NCBI RefSeq assembly: GCF_056746865.1 | Contig: NZ_CM163382.1 | Direction: 5' to 3' (one strand) | DNA length: 64,000 bases | In this document: positions 60,092 through 64,000 of the stretch, one piece after another | How the letters are laid out: every line of letters begins with the position of its first letter | Numbering within the stretch: the first letter of the stretch is position 1 | Made by a program: the position numbers and the translations under genes | The notes under the pieces: model-generated | The model's input: the letters and a program-made list of their open reading frames with translations, nothing else | Told to the model about the DNA's origin: nothing | The model's database searches: none

Positions 60092-60622
60092 ATGGAAAAT
60101 AAATACTCAAGGTTACAAATCAGCATTCACTGGCTGGTCTTTTTGCTGGTTATCGCAGCGTATTGCGCAATGGAGTTTCGTGGTTTCTTCCCACGTAGCG
60201 ATCGACCACTCATCAACATGATTCATGTTTCCTGTGGCATATCAATTCTCGTGCTGATGGTGGTTCGTCTTTTGTTAAGGCTGAAATACCCAACCCCGCC
60301 GATTATACCTAAGCCAAAACCGATGATGACGGGACTGGCGCATTTGGGACATTTGGTGATCTATCTCCTGTTTATTGCGCTGCCAGTGATTGGTTTGGTG
60401 ATGATGTATAACCGGGGTAACCCATGGTTTGCGTTTGGTTTGACGATGCCTTACGCTTCAGAGGCCAATTTCGAACGGGTTGATAGCTTAAAGTCGTGGC
60501 ATGAAATGCTGGCGAATCTGGGATATTTTGTCATCGGGTTGCACGCTGCGGCTGCACTGGCACACCACTATTTCTGGAAGGACAACACACTTCTACGCAT
60601 GATGCCGCGTAAACGTTCCTGA
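60092..60622 (+). CDS. cybB: Cytochrome b561, 176 aa
   Basis: ORF 60056..60622; start set to internal Met (MENKYSRLQISIHWLVF...) for 176 aa; four TM helices with conserved His. Confidence 0.88.
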   Translation: MENKYSRLQISIHWLVFLLVIAAYCAMEFRGFFPRSDRPLINMIHVSCGISILVLMVVRLLLRLKYPTPPIIPKPKPMMTGLAHLGHLVIYLLFIALPVIGLVMMYNRGNPWFAFGLTMPYASEANFERVDSLKSWHEMLANLGYFVIGLHAAAALAHHYFWKDNTLLRMMPRKRS

Positions 60623-60866
60623 AGGATATTTAAAGAAAACGCCTGTACTAAAACCGACCCGTGGTACAGGCGAAGAATACGGGTCTACATCGGAAGCGCC
60701 TATTATATTTATTTGTATGACAAATAAAACCATAATCCTTATCCATACGTCCATCTGGCTTATTTTTAATCAATTCACCCGATCTTTGATCTCATCAACG
60801 GTATCAAAATAAACCAGCGTATAACGTTCAAATCGAACATAAGATTCGATAAACCATGGAGGTTAT

Positions 60867-61040
60867 ATGAAAAAATTGGCACTTATCTTGGTTATGGGAG
60901 CGCTTGTTTCCTTTTATGCCGATGCCGGGCGCAAACCCTGTTCTGGTTCGAAAGGGGGGATCTCACACTGTACGGCAGGCGGCAAATTTGTTTGTAATGA
61001 TGGTTCTATTAGTGCATCGAAAAAAACATGCACTAACTGA
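60867..61040 (+). CDS. ydcA: Small secreted/lipoprotein-like protein YdcA, 57 aa
   Basis: GGAGG SD 4 nt upstream of ATG; MKKLALILVMGALVSFYADAGRKPCSGSKGGISHCTAGGKFVCNDGSISASKKTCTN; below ORF-track cut-off. Confidence 0.75.
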   Translation: MKKLALILVMGALVSFYADAGRKPCSGSKGGISHCTAGGKFVCNDGSISASKKTCTN

Positions 61041-61111
61041 AGTGTAAAAGGGGTGCCATGAGAAAATGAATCTGCTAGTCAGATGCGCGGGGAAAATCCC
61101 CGCGCTTGCCC

Positions 61112-61319
<208 letters not shown>

Positions 61320-61650
61320 TCGTTGGCCTCGGTTGATAGAAATATCGGTCGGGGCCTTCGTCTTTCTGATTCCCGGTTAGCCTGAAAACAGAAAGTCTCA
61401 GGCACCCGCAGGCATCCTATGAGTTTTCCTTAGGGACGAAAATAATCACTTCACGAAATTGCGTGCTGTTTTCCAGAATTTTTTGTCATTCGGTTTAGCC
61501 ATTCGTTACTCTCTTCATTCCAATAGCATTAATTTTCTCTGCAATAATTGTTGTAAAAATGTGACGCAAAGAGGTTTTTGGTCATAAGTAATTACCGTCA
61601 AGTGCCGATGACTTTCTATCAGGAGTAAACCTGGACGAGAGACAACGGTA

Positions 61651-63291
61651 ATGAATACAACTCCCTCACAGCGATTAGGTTTTTTGCATCACATCAGGCT
61701 GGTTCCGTTATTTGCCTGCATTCTTGGCGGTATCTTAGTTCTATTCGCATTAAGTTCAGCTCTGGCTGGCTATTTCCTCTGGCAGGCCGATCGCGATCAG
61801 CGTGATGTTACTGCGGAGATTGAGATTCGGACCGGGTTAGCGAACAGTTCAGATTTTTTGCGTTCAGCCCGGATCAATATGATTCAGGCTGGTGCTGCGA
61901 GTCGTATTGCTGAAATGGAAGCAATGAAGCGAAATATTGCGCAAGCCGAATCGGAGATTAAACAGTCGCAGCAAGGTTATCGTGCTTATCAGAATCGGTC
62001 GGTGAAAACACCTGCTGATGAAGCCCTCGACACTGAATTAAATCAACGCTTCCAGGCTTATATCACGGGTATGCAACCGATGTTGAAATATGCCAAAAAT
62101 GGCATGTTTGAAGCGATTATCAATCATGAAAGTGAGCAGATCCGACCGCTGGATAATGCTTATACCGATATTTTGAGCAAAGCCGTTAAGATACGTAGCG
62201 CCAGAGCCAACCAACTGGCGGAACTGGCCCATCAGCGCACCCGCCTGGGTGGGATGTTCATGATTGGCGCGTTTGTGCTTGCCCTGGTCATGACGCTGAT
62301 AACATTTATAGTGCTACGTCGGATCGTCATTCGTCCACTGCAACATGCCGCACAACGGATTGAAAAAATCGCCAGTGGTGATCTGACGATGAATGATGAA
62401 CCGGCGGGTCGTAATGAAATCGGTCGCTTAAGTCGTCATTTACAGCAAATGCAGCATTCACTGGGGATGACAGTAGGGACTGTTCGACAGGGTGCGGAAG
62501 AGATTTATCGTGGCACCAGCGAAATTTCAGCTGGCAATGCGGACCTTTCATCTCGCACTGAAGAACAAGCGGCGGCAATTGAACAAACTGCCGCCAGCAT
62601 GGAGCAACTCACTGCGACGGTGAAACAGAATGCAGATAACGCGCATCATGCCAGCAAACTGGCGCAGGAGGCTTCTATTAAAGCCAGCGATGGCGGGCAG
62701 ACGGTTTCCGGTGTAGTAAAAACGATGGGCGCTATCTCCACGAGTTCGAAGAAAATTTCCGAGATCACCGCCGTCATCAACAGTATTGCTTTCCAGACGA
62801 ATATTCTGGCATTGAATGCTGCCGTTGAAGCCGCGCGAGCGGGTGAGCAAGGACGTGGATTTGCCGTTGTCGCCAGCGAAGTACGGACACTCGCAAGCCG
62901 CAGCGCTCAGGCGGCGAAAGAGATTGAAGGCTTGATCAGTGAATCAGTCAGGTTAATTGACCTGGGGTCGGATGAGGTGGCAACGGCAGGGAAAACCATG
63001 AGCACTATTGTTGATGCCGTCGCGAGTGTCACACATATCATGCAGGAAATTGCCGCCGCCTCGGATGAGCAAAGTAGGGGCATAACGCAGGTTAGCCAGG
63101 CGATTTCTGAAATGGATAAGGTGACGCAACAGAATGCTTCTCTGGTAGAAGAAGCCTCAGCAGCGGCGGTGTCCCTTGAAGAACAGGCTGCACGATTAAC
63201 TGAGGCGGTGGACGTATTCCGTCTGAACAAACATTCTGTGTCGGCAGAACCTCGCGGAGCGGGTGAACCAGTTAGTTTCGCTACGGTGTGA
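61651..63291 (+). CDS. trg: Methyl-accepting chemotaxis protein III (ribose/galactose sensor), 546 aa
   Basis: two TM segments, HAMP, conserved MCP signalling domain with methylation sites ([25 protein letters not shown]). Confidence 0.92.
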   Translation: MNTTPSQRLGFLHHIRLVPLFACILGGILVLFALSSALAGYFLWQADRDQRDVTAEIEIRTGLANSSDFLRSARINMIQAGAASRIAEMEAMKRNIAQAESEIKQSQQGYRAYQNRSVKTPADEALDTELNQRFQAYITGMQPMLKYAKNGMFEAIINHESEQIRPLDNAYTDILSKAVKIRSARANQLAELAHQRTRLGGMFMIGAFVLALVMTLITFIVLRRIVIRPLQHAAQRIEKIASGDLTMNDEPAGRNEIGRLSRHLQQMQHSLGMTVGTVRQGAEEIYRGTSEISAGNADLSSRTEEQAAAIEQTAASMEQLTATVKQNADNAHHASKLAQEASIKASDGGQTVSGVVKTMGAISTSSKKISEITAVINSIAFQTNILALNAAVEAARAGEQGRGFAVVASEVRTLASRSAQAAKEIEGLISESVRLIDLGSDEVATAGKTMSTIVDAVASVTHIMQEIAAASDEQSRGITQVSQAISEMDKVTQQNASLVEEASAAAVSLEEQAARLTEAVDVFRLNKHSVSAEPRGAGEPVSFATV

Positions 63292-63303
63292 AAATGTTCA
63301 AGG

Positions 63304-63324
63304 AAGGGATCGACAGATCCCTTC
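63304..63324. terminator. Perfect 9-bp hairpin between convergent trg and ydcI
   Basis: gaagggatc-gaca-gatcccttc. Confidence 0.55.
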
Positions 63325-63329
63325 ACCTT

Positions 63330-64000
63330 TCAGAACGGCATTGATTTTCGAATAGCGTTAATCATCAACTGGCAACCAGAAGAGAACGTTGCATCTACGC
63401 GGGTCAGTATTCCAATCGGTTCGCCTGCACCATGTCCCGGAACAGGCAGGGCCACCAGCGTGGCATGACGCAGGTCGTCTTTTACAGCGCCAGAAGGGAC
63501 AAACCACACGTAGTCGTATTCAACCGTAAGTTGACGAGATAGCGAAGCAGACAGCGTTTCGATACAACCCGAAGGAATTTTACATCCCTGGCTCTGCACT
63601 AATGCATCTGAATGCTGGCGTGGCGCAGTGCCTTCTGGTGATACAATGACCGGCCATTCCAGCACCCGGCTTAGCGTTACGTTCTCCTGAAGTAGCGGAT
63701 GATTAGGGCGGACAACCAGCTTCAGCGATTCAAGAAACAGCAGTTCGTAATTAAGTCCGGTCATCAGTTCAGGATCTGACATCCGACCAATGCCGATATC
63801 GATTTCCCCGGTTTTTAAACCCGCCAGAATCATAGGGTTACTCATTGTCGCAACTTGCAAGGTCGTCTCTTTTTGTTGCTGATGAAACTGACCTATAACC
63901 GAAGGTAATATCCCCAGTGCCGCAGTCGGTAGTGCACCAACCCTGACGACATCATTATTAAGACCTTCTTTACGATGAAGCGACTGTCCGGCAGTGTTGA
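63330..64000 (-). CDS. ydcI: LysR-family transcriptional regulator, C-terminal part (5' end beyond window)
   Basis: LysR substrate-binding domain in ORF 63330..63860; reading frame continues to the window edge; synteny after trg. Confidence 0.7.
   Translation of the reverse strand, partial: NTAGQSLHRKEGLNNDVVRVGALPTAALGILPSVIGQFHQQQKETTLQVATMSNPMILAGLKTGEIDIGIGRMSDPELMTGLNYELLFLESLKLVVRPNHPLLQENVTLSRVLEWPVIVSPEGTAPRQHSDALVQSQGCKIPSGCIETLSASLSRQLTVEYDYVWFVPSGAVKDDLRHATLVALPVPGHGAGEPIGILTRVDATFSSGCQLMINAIRKSMPF

Overview
This window reads as a syntenic stretch of Escherichia coli chromosome (or a very close relative) running from tyrR to the 3' part of ydcI. The order I can support is tyrR, tpx, ycjG, mpaA, ymjC, ycjY, pgrR, mppA, ynaI, ynaJ, uspE, fnr, ogt, abgTBA, abgR, smrA, dgcM, zntB, fnrS, dbpA, ttcA, uspF, ompN, micC, ydbK, ydbJ, hslJ, ldhA, ydbH-ynbE-ydbL, ydbA, ydbC, ydbD, ynbABCD, azoR, hrpA, two unknown small genes, ydcF, aldA, gapC, cybB, ydcA, hokB/mokB, trg, ydcI. 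Gene names come from recognising the translated ORFs; for most genes the start was set to the internal Met that gives the product length I remember for K-12, which is memory-based and not database-verified. Compared with the K-12 layout as I recall it, this strain appears to lack the Rac prophage (between ttcA and uspF), the IS5 between ynaI and ynaJ, and the feaR-feaB-tynA-paa cluster (between ydbL and ydbA), and it carries uninterrupted ydbA, gapC and ymjC reading frames. The least-explained content is (i) an AT-rich, translationally coupled two-gene cassette between hrpA and ydcF, one product of which looks like a SUKH/Smi1-Knr4 immunity protein; (ii) the ynbABCD lipid-enzyme-like operon; (iii) a roughly 30-bp motif shared upstream of mppA and mpaA; and (iv) a proline-rich 57-codon ORF between fnrS and dbpA. 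No CRISPR array, tRNA or rRNA gene was seen.
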